28,988 bases of DNA, taken from positions 1-28,988 of the forward strand of contig JBDHHQ010000056.1 in the NCBI GenBank assembly GCA_039589315.1, read 5' to 3'. The notes under the pieces were generated by a model that did not search any database, had not been told where the DNA came from, and was given only the letters and a program-made list of their open reading frames with translations. Position numbers and translations under genes: made by a program. This document shows positions 17,347 through 25,627 of this stretch, in pieces (position 1 is the first letter of the stretch; every line of letters begins with the position of its first letter). Source of the stretch: Gemmatimonadota bacterium. GTDB taxonomy: Bacteria > Gemmatimonadota > Gemmatimonadetes > Longimicrobiales > Gaopeijiaceae.

Positions 17347-17555
17347 CGCTTTTCTCCTTGGCTGGCCAAGCGTACGGGGCCTCGGTTCTCCGGTCCCCGA
17401 AGAAGCGGAGGGACGAGCGGCCCAGGCGTCCGCCGTGAGGCGAACGGACGGAGGCCCCGGATACTAGTATCGGCCGAGACCGGAGGGGCCCTTAGCCCCA
17501 TGCTCGTGTCTCTCCGTGGTGGGTGCAGGCGAGCGCGCGAGCGACCCGCCGCCGT

Positions 17556-18227
17556 CTACGGGGCGTCGTCCACCGGCTCTACACAGGTAGGATCGTCGTT
17601 GTCCGGCTTGTTCACCCAGGTGGACACCCTACGAGGTGCGAGCAACGGGTCACTCCGCCGGCCCATCAGGGCGGCCAGCTCGGCCGGTTCCGTCGAGCGA
17701 TCGAGCCAGGCGTCTCGGTCGTGTGCATCGACGATCACCGGCATGCGGTCGTGAATGGCCCGGAGCTCGGGAGTCGCGTCTCTCGTCAGGATCGTGAAGG
17801 AGTACACGGGCTCGCCCTCACCGGGCTTCCAGCGATCCCAGAGTCCGGCGAAGCTCAGCAGTTGGCCGGGCGAGCTGATCCAGTACGGCTGCTTACGCCC
17901 CCGTTCCGCCGCCCATTCATAGAAGCCGTCGGCGGGGACCAGACAGCGACGCCGTGCGAACGCGTCCTTGAAGGCCGGTCTCCGGGCCGCGGTCTCGCTG
18001 CGCGCGTTGATCTGCCGATTCCCGATGGCGGGGTCTTTCGCCCAGAACGGGATGAGCCCCCACCGCATGAGGCCCATGCGGCGACCCCTCCGATCCTGCG
18101 CCACCACCGGAGCGAGTTGGGTGGGCGCGATGTTGTAGCGCGGGATGTGGTCGAACGCCGGCAACGGCACGTCGAAGACCTCCACCAGCTCCTCCACGTC
18201 CGAGGCGAGGCTGTACCGACCGCACAT
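17556..18227 (-). CDS. SOS response-associated peptidase (SRAP, YedK/HMCES family)
   Basis: Starts MCGRY (catalytic Cys2) at ATG 18227. Also RYNIAPTQ, WGLIP, INARSE, DGFYEW and IHDRMP. Confidence 0.93.
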   Translation of the reverse strand: MCGRYSLASDVEELVEVFDVPLPAFDHIPRYNIAPTQLAPVVAQDRRGRRMGLMRWGLIPFWAKDPAIGNRQINARSETAARRPAFKDAFARRRCLVPADGFYEWAAERGRKQPYWISSPGQLLSFAGLWDRWKPGEGEPVYSFTILTRDATPELRAIHDRMPVIVDAHDRDAWLDRSTEPAELAALMGRRSDPLLAPRRVSTWVNKPDNDDPTCVEPVDDAP

Positions 18228-18229
18228 GG

Positions 18230-19174
18230 TCAGCGGAGGCTCGTCAGATCCATCTCGGCCGCAATGCGCCCGAAGCCGGGCCAGTGGGGGTCGGAGGCGA
18301 CCGTCTCGAGCAGCTCGAGGGCCCGCGCGGTGTCCCCTTCCGTCAGGTGCCAGGCCGCGACCGGGTAGCCCACGGTCTCGATGCGGTACCCCGCCGGGTT
18401 GTCGGGGTGCAGCAACTCCATCTCGGACACCTGCTCCTTGTAGAAGAGGAGCACGTGGTGGTAGGACGTGTTGGAGTCCACGTCCATGTCCGCGGTGATA
18501 CGGGCGAGCAGCGCGTCGGCTTCGTCGAGCCGGCCAGCCCGGCGGAGAGCCCGGAACCGCCAATCCGTGATGGCGACGCGGGCATTGTCGTCGGTGGCTA
18601 TGGACATGCAGCTCCGGAAGCCCTCGCCAAACGAACCGGACGCCTGCAGGGCCAGAGCTTCGGGGTCCTCCGCCAGGGACATGCACCGGCCGTACTCTTC
18701 CGCCGCCGCATCGTAGGCGCCGGCCAGGTAGTAGGCCAGCCCCAGGTGGTACGCTACGTCGAAGCTCCTGGCTTCGAGGTCACGGGCCCGCTCCAGGTCC
18801 CGGAGAGCCTGCGGCAGGCGTCGGATGGACACGTACCGGTGTCCCCTGTAACGGGGTCCCCGCCAATCGTCGGGAGCCACACCGATCGCTTGGCCGTACA
18901 GGCGAATCGCCTCGACGTAATCCCGCAGGGAGGCATGGGCGTGCCCCGCTTCCAGCAGGAGCTCTACGTCGTGGGGGGCCGCCGCCAAGGCGTCGAGGGC
19001 ACGAGCCGCTATGCCCGCGGTGTCCTCGAGGGGTAGCAGACGCTCACCCAGGAGTGAGAGAACGGCGGGAGCTGCCGGCTCGGCCTCGGCCCCTCCCCCC
19101 GCCTCGTAGCCGCAAGCGCCGACACCCAGAGCGACCGGCAGACAGAGAGCAGCGAGGGGGGGAAGACGCGTCAA
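18230..19174 (-). CDS. TPR-containing lipoprotein
   Basis: Signal peptide with lipobox-like VGA-C and TPR units (AIRLYGQAI..AP, YRGHRY, YHLGLAYYLAG). TTGA overlap with the upstream gene. Confidence 0.75.
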   Translation of the reverse strand: MTRLPPLAALCLPVALGVGACGYEAGGGAEAEPAAPAVLSLLGERLLPLEDTAGIAARALDALAAAPHDVELLLEAGHAHASLRDYVEAIRLYGQAIGVAPDDWRGPRYRGHRYVSIRRLPQALRDLERARDLEARSFDVAYHLGLAYYLAGAYDAAAEEYGRCMSLAEDPEALALQASGSFGEGFRSCMSIATDDNARVAITDWRFRALRRAGRLDEADALLARITADMDVDSNTSYHHVLLFYKEQVSEMELLHPDNPAGYRIETVGYPVAAWHLTEGDTARALELLETVASDPHWPGFGRIAAEMDLTSLR

Positions 19175-20346
19175 ACCCGGCCCCCAGCCCGCCGGGCCAT
19201 GACCCTCAGCTGATTCCCGTCTTCCCGCTTACGGCGGTACCCCAGGAGGTGGAAGAGCTGGACCGCGAAGATCCGGGCGACCCGCTTGTTGACCACGAGC
19301 ACCCGCGGATCTTCCGGATCGCGCTTGATGCCCGGCAGCCAGTGGATGAACGACGCGATGGGCAGTCGGCGGAGCGGGCGCGACAGCCACAGCCAGAACG
19401 GGTTGAACTCCCGCACGATGAAGAACCCGTCCTCCCCCTGCTCCTGGTACAGGGGCATGAGGATCCGGGCGGCTTCGGTCGCCCGTACCTCACCCTTCCG
19501 GTCGGTGGCCACGACCTCACCCTCGCTGACCGGCTGGAAGTTCTCGTAGCCGGGCATCATGCGGAAGCCGTCGGCTCCCTGCACGTGGTGCCGGTATCGC
19601 ATCTCCAGGACGCGAGGCAGAGAGGCAGTGTCCCGCTCCAGGTACTTCCGGGCCGCCTCGGCACGGTGTTGGAGGGCGGGCGGGAGGAGACCGGTGCCGG
19701 ATAGCACCAGCCAAATGGCGGCCTCCGCCCGGTCCACCGCCGCTTCCTCGGCGTGCTGGCCACTCTCGAAGCCCGCGGTGATGAGCCCCTTCTCGTTCAT
19801 GTATTCCAGAAGCGTGCCCTCCACGAGCTCCTCCAGGCCCAGGATCATGGGCGTGGGGATCACCTGGGCGAAGTCACGGTTGATCAGCGTGTCCGAGACG
19901 GTGGCGAACGGCCCACCTCCGCCGGAGGTGGTGTGCAGGTCCAGCAGGTACGAGGCGCCCCGGGCTCGCGAAAGAGCCTCTTCGAAGGCGTCGAGCAGCT
20001 GCACCTGCTCCAGATCCTCGAAGCTCGCCCCCGGCCGGCCCCCGTTCTGGAGGTCGTAGAGCCTCTGAGGGTGCCAGGCGCGATTCAGGTCCTGTTGCAC
20101 GAAGCGACAGCCCTGACGCAATGCCTCCAGATTACCTGCCAATGCCACGAACTCGCCGGCCTCGATCCCCCCGATGGCCTGGAGCTGCGCGAGGACCGTC
20201 TGGAGGGCCAGCACACCGGCGGGTTCGTTCCCGTGCATGCCTCCGATGCAGAACAGGGTCGGTCCCGGGCGGGGACCCCGGATTCGACCCAAGACGCGAT
20301 CGGCGTTCCGTGCCGCGTCCGCCTTCAACGAAGTGCTGTTACCCAA
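19171..20346 (-). CDS. Succinylglutamate desuccinylase/aspartoacylase (AstE/AspA, M14-type) zinc amidohydrolase
   Basis: GGMHGNEPAG (HxxE), R...DLNR, LDLHTT and FESGQH. Has a C-terminal basic/aromatic extension. Confidence 0.87.
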   Translation of the reverse strand: MGNSTSLKADAARNADRVLGRIRGPRPGPTLFCIGGMHGNEPAGVLALQTVLAQLQAIGGIEAGEFVALAGNLEALRQGCRFVQQDLNRAWHPQRLYDLQNGGRPGASFEDLEQVQLLDAFEEALSRARGASYLLDLHTTSGGGGPFATVSDTLINRDFAQVIPTPMILGLEELVEGTLLEYMNEKGLITAGFESGQHAEEAAVDRAEAAIWLVLSGTGLLPPALQHRAEAARKYLERDTASLPRVLEMRYRHHVQGADGFRMMPGYENFQPVSEGEVVATDRKGEVRATEAARILMPLYQEQGEDGFFIVREFNPFWLWLSRPLRRLPIASFIHWLPGIKRDPEDPRVLVVNKRVARIFAVQLFHLLGYRRKREDGNQLRVMARRAGGRV

Positions 20347-22273
20347 GTGCGCTCTTGTCCTGTCGTAGCCGGTTTTCCATCAGCTGCCCGGCAACGGGCA
20401 TGAAGTCCCGTTCACTGACGATCCCCACGAGCTTGCCGTCCTTCACCACCGGCAATGCCGAAACCTGGTGGGCACGCATGGTCTCGATGGCATCGATCGT
20501 GGCCGTCTCCGGGCCGACCGTCACCGGGTTTCGCTCCATGACCTCCTTCACGGGAAGCTCGTCGGCCGAGGGCGCGTGGGCCCCTCGAGCCAGCAACCGC
20601 AGCAGCGCCCGGTAGGACACGATCCCCACCAGCTCGTTGTTCGCGTCTTCAACGAGCACGTGGCGGATCCGGTTCTTTTCCATGAGAAACGCCGCCAGGT
20701 CCACGAGCTCGTCTTCGTGGACCGTGTACAAGGACGTCGTCATGTACTGCTCGACGCGAGCGTAGTTCTGACGCCAGCCGCCTGACTCTTCCATCCGGGC
20801 CAACTCCCATTCGTGGCCGAGTAGGTCCGTCTTCTGACGGGCGTGGGTAGCGGCGGTCAAAGCCGTTACCTGCTCGGCTCGCTTCGTCCCCTCTCGGGTG
20901 GCTGCCAGAGAGCGCAACAGCCAGTTGGATCCGGTTTGTCCGGACTCGACCCGGTCGCGAACGATGCCAAGGTATCGAGCCGCGTCCACGGAGTCGACGC
21001 CGGCCTCCAACAGGCCTTCCCGAGCCAGCGGCAGCAGCCGCTCAAGGATGAGGGATCTGGCGCTGACGCTCTCCCCGTCGAACCACCGGAACCCCGCTCG
21101 CAGTCCAGCCCGGGCCGCCGCGAGGAAATTGGCCTTGGCGTCTCCGAAGTACATGCTCTGCCGGACATCGCCCCACTCCTCCGCCCCGCCCAATACGACA
21201 CCTATCCAGAACGCGGCGTTGGCGACCTCGTCGGCGACGGTGGGTCCAGAAGGAAACACGCGACATTCGATCCTGAGATGGGGCACGCCGCCGCCGACGC
21301 CGTAACACGGGCGATTCCACCGGTACACGGTGCCGTTGTGGATCTGCAGGGCTCGCAGCTCCGGTACGCCTCCGCGGTCCAACACCTCGATGGAGTCCTC
21401 GGTGACCTCGGTGGCCACGAGGACCCGGAAGCGACTGACGTCTTCCTCGAACAGCGTCGAAACGGTTCCGCTCAGCCATCGATCGCCGAACCGGACCCGA
21501 GGACTCAGCTCCCTCATGTGGAGCGCGGTGCTCCTGGTGTCGATGGACTGCTGGAAGACGGCGATGCGGGTTTCGGCCCAGAGTTGGCGGCCGAACAGGA
21601 GCGGGGAGTTCACCGCGCACGCCAGAACGGGTGCGGCGACCAGCTGGGCCACGTTGTAGAAGACCGGGAACTCTTCGGCCGAGACCTGGAGGTGGAACTG
21701 CGCGCTGGTGTTGCACGCCTCGAGCATGACCGAGTCGTGCTCGAAGTGCAGCTCCTCCGCGCCCTCGATCTGCAGCCGATACGGCTTCCCGCTCCGGAGC
21801 CGACCCATGGCGTCGTTGAGCGCGTAGTAACGCGTTCGCGGCGTGATGTTGTCGACGACCAGATCAGACTTGCTGAGGGTGGGCAGGATGCCGGTCAGGA
21901 TCACCTCGGCTCCGATGTCTCGGGCGGCCTCTCTGACCTGTCCCACCCGGGTCGTCATGCATTGCTCCAGGCGCGTGAAGCAGTCTCCCTCCAGCCCCAA
22001 CGGATCCAGGTTGATTTCCAGGTTGAAGCGGGCCAGCTCGGTCGTGAAGCCCTGATTCTCCGGAAGCTGCTCGAGCACGTCGGTCGCCACGGGTGCCGGG
22101 TGCCAGTCTGCGTCGACGAGGAAGAGCTCCTGCTCGGCACCGATCCGGCGGATTCCGGATTCGATCAGGCCCTCGTCCACCATGCGCTCCAGAGCCTGGA
22201 GGTCAGTCAGCAGCGCTTTGGTGAAGGTCCGGACCTCGGCCGGATCGAGCTTCGGAACGATGTCCTGTCCCAT
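20339..22273 (-). CDS. Glutamate-cysteine ligase family 2 (GCS2-like) carboxylate-amine ligase fused to a C-terminal CBS pair
   Basis: Ligase motifs IGAEQELFLVD, TELARFNLEIN, SAQFHLQV, YRWNR and LRIECR. CBS pair VEQYMT...LVGIVS / VKEVMERNPVTV...LPVVKDGKLVGIVSERD. ATG at 22273 follows GAGGAGG. Confidence 0.87.
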   Translation of the reverse strand: MGQDIVPKLDPAEVRTFTKALLTDLQALERMVDEGLIESGIRRIGAEQELFLVDADWHPAPVATDVLEQLPENQGFTTELARFNLEINLDPLGLEGDCFTRLEQCMTTRVGQVREAARDIGAEVILTGILPTLSKSDLVVDNITPRTRYYALNDAMGRLRSGKPYRLQIEGAEELHFEHDSVMLEACNTSAQFHLQVSAEEFPVFYNVAQLVAAPVLACAVNSPLLFGRQLWAETRIAVFQQSIDTRSTALHMRELSPRVRFGDRWLSGTVSTLFEEDVSRFRVLVATEVTEDSIEVLDRGGVPELRALQIHNGTVYRWNRPCYGVGGGVPHLRIECRVFPSGPTVADEVANAAFWIGVVLGGAEEWGDVRQSMYFGDAKANFLAAARAGLRAGFRWFDGESVSARSLILERLLPLAREGLLEAGVDSVDAARYLGIVRDRVESGQTGSNWLLRSLAATREGTKRAEQVTALTAATHARQKTDLLGHEWELARMEESGGWRQNYARVEQYMTTSLYTVHEDELVDLAAFLMEKNRIRHVLVEDANNELVGIVSYRALLRLLARGAHAPSADELPVKEVMERNPVTVGPETATIDAIETMRAHQVSALPVVKDGKLVGIVSERDFMPVAGQLMENRLRQDKSALG

Positions 22274-22367
22274 GTTCCTCCTCGCCCTTCGTTTCGACTC
22301 GCTGTCGGCCGGTGGAGCCACCGGCCGGGTCCACCTTCGGTTTCTCAGTCGGACAGCGCGGCGCCAG

Positions 22368-23036
22368 TCAAACGAAGCTGGTGATCTCGTCCAGGGGTTT
22401 CTTCTGGATCTCTGGCACGGTCGCGTCGGCCTCCGGGTACCCCACCACCAGAATCAAGAAGGGCCGTTCGTTTTGTGGCCGTCCGAGGATCTCGTTCAGG
22501 AAGCCCATGGGCGAGGGCGTATGGGTGAGACTCGCGAGCCCGGCGTTATGGACTGCGGCGATCAGCATGCCCGTCGCGATGCCGACCGACTCCTGCACGT
22601 AGTAGTTCTTCTTCTTGGCTCCCTCCGGATCGACCCCATAGCTCTCGGCCATGACGACTATGAGGTACGGGGCCCGTTCGAGGAAGGGCTTGCGCTCGTC
22701 CGTGCCGAGATGCCGAAGCGCCTCGATCCAGTCGTCGGGCGCCCGCCCGCCGTAGAACTCCGCTTCCTCCTCCTCGGCCGCGGCTCTGATCGCCGACTTT
22801 ACGTCGGGGTCTGTGACGACGACGAAGTGCCAAGGCTGCCGGTTCGCGCCGTTGGGGGCCGTGGCCGCGGCCGCTATGCAGTCCTCGATGATCTCCTTCG
22901 GCACCGGGCGATCGGAGAACTCCCGCACCGTCCGGCGGCGCCGAAGCTCGTCCCGAAACGCCAGGGCCCGCCGACGCATTTCGTCGACAGGATACTCCTG
23001 GTAGCTCGTCAGGGGCACGAACCTGGCTCCGTTCAT
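22368..23036 (-). CDS. Iodotyrosine deiodinase-like FMN flavoprotein (nitroreductase superfamily)
   Basis: [20 protein letters not shown], lid EEEEAEFY...W...L..LGT...[14 protein letters not shown] and LTHTPSPM. This pattern is characteristic of the IYD subgroup. Confidence 0.85.
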   Translation of the reverse strand: MNGARFVPLTSYQEYPVDEMRRRALAFRDELRRRRTVREFSDRPVPKEIIEDCIAAAATAPNGANRQPWHFVVVTDPDVKSAIRAAAEEEEAEFYGGRAPDDWIEALRHLGTDERKPFLERAPYLIVVMAESYGVDPEGAKKKNYYVQESVGIATGMLIAAVHNAGLASLTHTPSPMGFLNEILGRPQNERPFLILVVGYPEADATVPEIQKKPLDEITSFV

Positions 23037-23602
23037 CGACGCTCCCGATTCAACTCCTCATAGCCCACCACGAAGTCGCCGCGCCGGTCCCGAGCGGCGA
23101 TCACGGCGGACAACGAGACGGAAAGGTCCTGCGAGATCACCCGCAAGTTCACCAGTGACACGATGTCGCCGTCCTCCAGCCGGATGCCCGACCAATCCGT
23201 CTCCGGAACCTCTCCGAAGGCACCATAGGCGCTGGCTAGCGAACCCTGGGCTCCGTCCGCAAACGGCAAATAGAACGCCCCGGCGCTCAGACCGTGTCGG
23301 CGGGCGACCTCGTCCCACGTCACGCCGCTCTGCCGGACCGCTACGACCACGTCGGGCGGCACGCCGGCCCGGCGCGCCACGAACAGCACGACGGGAACCT
23401 CGTCCGGGGACAGGTCCCACTCGCCGAGGATCGCCACCTCGTCAGGTGTCACCCGGAAGTAGCCCGCCACGGCCCGGTAGTAGCTGTCCCGTGCGTTCCC
23501 GGGCTCCTGGGCGAGCGACCCTTCCGCCGCCGTCACGACCGAAAGGAGCGCGACGACCCCTCCGGTCAGGAGCGTCCGTCGCATTCTGCCAGGGATTCTC
23601 AT
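23033..23602 (-). CDS. Exported hypothetical protein
   Basis: ATG at 23602 with GGAGG RBS. Signal-like [26 protein letters not shown] and helical core [14 protein letters not shown]...[14 protein letters not shown] overlap with the IYD-like gene. Confidence 0.7.
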   Translation of the reverse strand: MRIPGRMRRTLLTGGVVALLSVVTAAEGSLAQEPGNARDSYYRAVAGYFRVTPDEVAILGEWDLSPDEVPVVLFVARRAGVPPDVVVAVRQSGVTWDEVARRHGLSAGAFYLPFADGAQGSLASAYGAFGEVPETDWSGIRLEDGDIVSLVNLRVISQDLSVSLSAVIAARDRRGDFVVGYEELNRERR

Positions 23603-23880
23603 CTTCGCCCTCCCGTCCCGAGTCGCCGGGGGGAGCCCGCTCGGTACGCCCGAGCCCCGGGACAGAAAGGGCCCGAGCCCCTTGGAGCCCGAACCCGACT
23701 CTAATGTCGGGAGACTCCACCGCTGTTGCAACGCCCGTCCCGCCTGCCCGCTTCTGCGCTGCGTTTCCTGGCGGTTTGACCCGGACGGGACACCCACCGC
23801 CTCCGACCTCACAGGGGCCCTGCCGGCTCTCGGCACTGTAGCACGGCGTCAACATGCGGACACTCGGTCACGAAAGGGAG

Positions 23881-23896
23881 TGGCACGACTCTTGAA
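23881..23896 (+). promoter_or_regulatory. Putative sigma54 (-24/-12) promoter
   Basis: TGGCACG-ACTC-TTGAA versus consensus TGGCACG-N4-TTGCW, one mismatch at -12. Lies 60 bp upstream of the STAS-like ATG. Confidence 0.55.
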
Positions 23897-23955
23897 CCAG
23901 CAGAAGGACGAAGGCGTCGCGGTGACGTAAGCACTCGCAGCCGAGGAGACCCACG

Positions 23956-24267
23956 ATGACGGAGTACGGACACACCGATCGGTTAGGCTCCGGCCCCGAT
24001 CACGAGGGAAGGCCCGGAACCGTCACTGCTCTCGAGACGACGACCACGGACCGGGAGACCCACGACTTGATCTTCGCCTTCTCGGGCGGAGAAGAGCTCG
24101 ACCTCTACGGGCTTTCGTTGTTGCTCACTGCGCGCCAGATGGCGCACGATGACCACCGCAGCGTCTGGGTCGCGGGCTTGTCCCGACGCTCGTGGCTGCT
24201 CCTGGAGGCGCTGGGCCTGGAGGGTTTGTTCAAGCCCTTCCCACCGTCGGACGAATTGAGGAGCTGA
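23956..24267 (+). CDS. Small STAS-domain-like (anti-anti-sigma-like) protein
   Basis: GAGGAG RBS. LIFAFSGGEELDLYGLSLLL...SVWVAGL...LLEALGLEGLF follows the STAS pattern. Followed by a terminator. Confidence 0.65.
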   Translation: MTEYGHTDRLGSGPDHEGRPGTVTALETTTTDRETHDLIFAFSGGEELDLYGLSLLLTARQMAHDDHRSVWVAGLSRRSWLLLEALGLEGLFKPFPPSDELRS

Positions 24268-24292
24268 CGACCCGAGGATGACAAGACAGCCC

Positions 24293-24330
24293 AAGCCCCC
24301 CGCCCGGTCCACGGGCGGGGGGCTTTTTTT
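24293..24330 (+). terminator. Intrinsic terminator
   Basis: AAGCCCCCCGCCCG-GTCCA-CGGGCGGGGGGCTT perfect stem running into a T7 tract, between convergent genes. Confidence 0.9.
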
Positions 24331-24403
24331 CATCGCCCTTTGCCAGGGTTCTGCGATCCTGCCACGAGAGTGTCCTCTCTAGAGGACGAATCGCACCCCC
24401 TGA

Positions 24404-25495
24404 TCAGCGCTCGAACTCCGGGCCCATGCCCTTTTGGGCACGGGCCTGTGCCAGCAACCGCTCGACCCGGCTCGCCGCCCCCCTGACGGGCGTGGTGCCC
24501 TGCTCCCGTGCTTCCCGGAAGATCTCGTCGAGGACCGTGCCCAGCGAGCGGACGCGCTCGGCCAGGGCCTCGTTCTCGTGGACGCCCTGGTGGAGCAGGC
24601 CGAAGGCCATCGCGCCGCCGGCGTTGATCACGTAGTCGGGCGCGTAGAGGATGCCCCTGGCATGGAGTCGTTCGGCGTCCCCGGGCTCGGCGAGCTGGTT
24701 GTTGGCCGATCCGGCGACGACGGCACATCGTAGCTGCGGAATGGTCTGCTCGTTGAGGACGGCTCCGACCGCGCACGGCGCGAAGACGTCGCACTCCGTC
24801 CCGAAGATCGCGTTTCCGTACACGACCTCCCCGCCCAGCTCCTGGGCCATGCCTCTGACCCGCGCGTCGTCCAGGTCGCTGACGAGCACGGTGGCGCCCG
24901 CGTCGGCCACGAGGCGGGCCAGGGGGCCGCCCACGTCCCCCACGCCCTGGACGAGCACGCGCCTCCCCACCAGATCGTCGCTCCCGGTAGCGTGGCGGAG
25001 GGCGGTCTTCATGCCCTCGAACACGCCGAGCGCGGTGAAGGGGCCGGGGTCGGTGAGCTGGCCGCCGTCCTTGGGTGCGCCCATGACGTAGTCGCACGCG
25101 CCGGCGATGACTCCCATATCCGCCGTGGTCGTTCCCATGTCCTGGCCCGTCGAGTACGCGCCCTGCAGCGACGCCAGGAGGTGACCGAAGCGTTTGAAGA
25201 GGCCTACTCGCTCCTCGCCCTCGACCGGGCGCGAGATGGCCAGCACGGATTTGCCCCCGCCGAACGGAAAGCCGATGGACGCCCACTTGTAGGTCATCCC
25301 CTCGGCCAGGCGCATGGCGTCCTCCAGGGCGTCAGCCGGCGTCGGATACTGCCTGATGCGGCATCCGCCGGTCGTCGGCCCCAGGATCGCCTCGTGAATG
25401 GCCACGAAGATCCACGTACCGGTTGGGCGGTCGTAGCGCACGACGACGCCGGTCCCGTCCCACTTCCTGATCAACTCCATCATGTCCGGCGTCAT
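24404..25495 (-). CDS. Glu/Leu/Phe/Val dehydrogenase family (Leu/Phe dehydrogenase-like)
   Basis: GGCRI, RLAEGMTYK, GGGKSV, QGVGDVG (Rossmann), FAPCA, GSANNQL and PDYVINAGG. GGAGG RBS. Confidence 0.92.
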   Translation of the reverse strand: MTPDMMELIRKWDGTGVVVRYDRPTGTWIFVAIHEAILGPTTGGCRIRQYPTPADALEDAMRLAEGMTYKWASIGFPFGGGKSVLAISRPVEGEERVGLFKRFGHLLASLQGAYSTGQDMGTTTADMGVIAGACDYVMGAPKDGGQLTDPGPFTALGVFEGMKTALRHATGSDDLVGRRVLVQGVGDVGGPLARLVADAGATVLVSDLDDARVRGMAQELGGEVVYGNAIFGTECDVFAPCAVGAVLNEQTIPQLRCAVVAGSANNQLAEPGDAERLHARGILYAPDYVINAGGAMAFGLLHQGVHENEALAERVRSLGTVLDEIFREAREQGTTPVRGAASRVERLLAQARAQKGMGPEFER

Positions 25496-25627
25496 GCGTG
25501 GAACGTCCTCCGGTGCTTCGTGGAAACGGGCGGCACGCGCTCGGCCCTGCGACGTGCTCGAATCGAACGTTCGTCCGAAATCCGGACTATACAGCGCAGG
25601 CTGAAAGGCGGACAGCCCGGCTCCGGT

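Noticed and set aside
17375..17459. SRP (4.5S) RNA or c-di-GMP riboswitch
   Set aside because: It lacks the SRP CAGG/GNRA/AGCAG internal-loop motif and the GCAAA/GYAA features of c-di-GMP-I. Kept only as an unassigned candidate.
17460..17471. Second CsoR operator (shares GATAC/GTATC arms)
   Set aside because: The spacer is 2 bp rather than 9 bp and there is no G/C tract.
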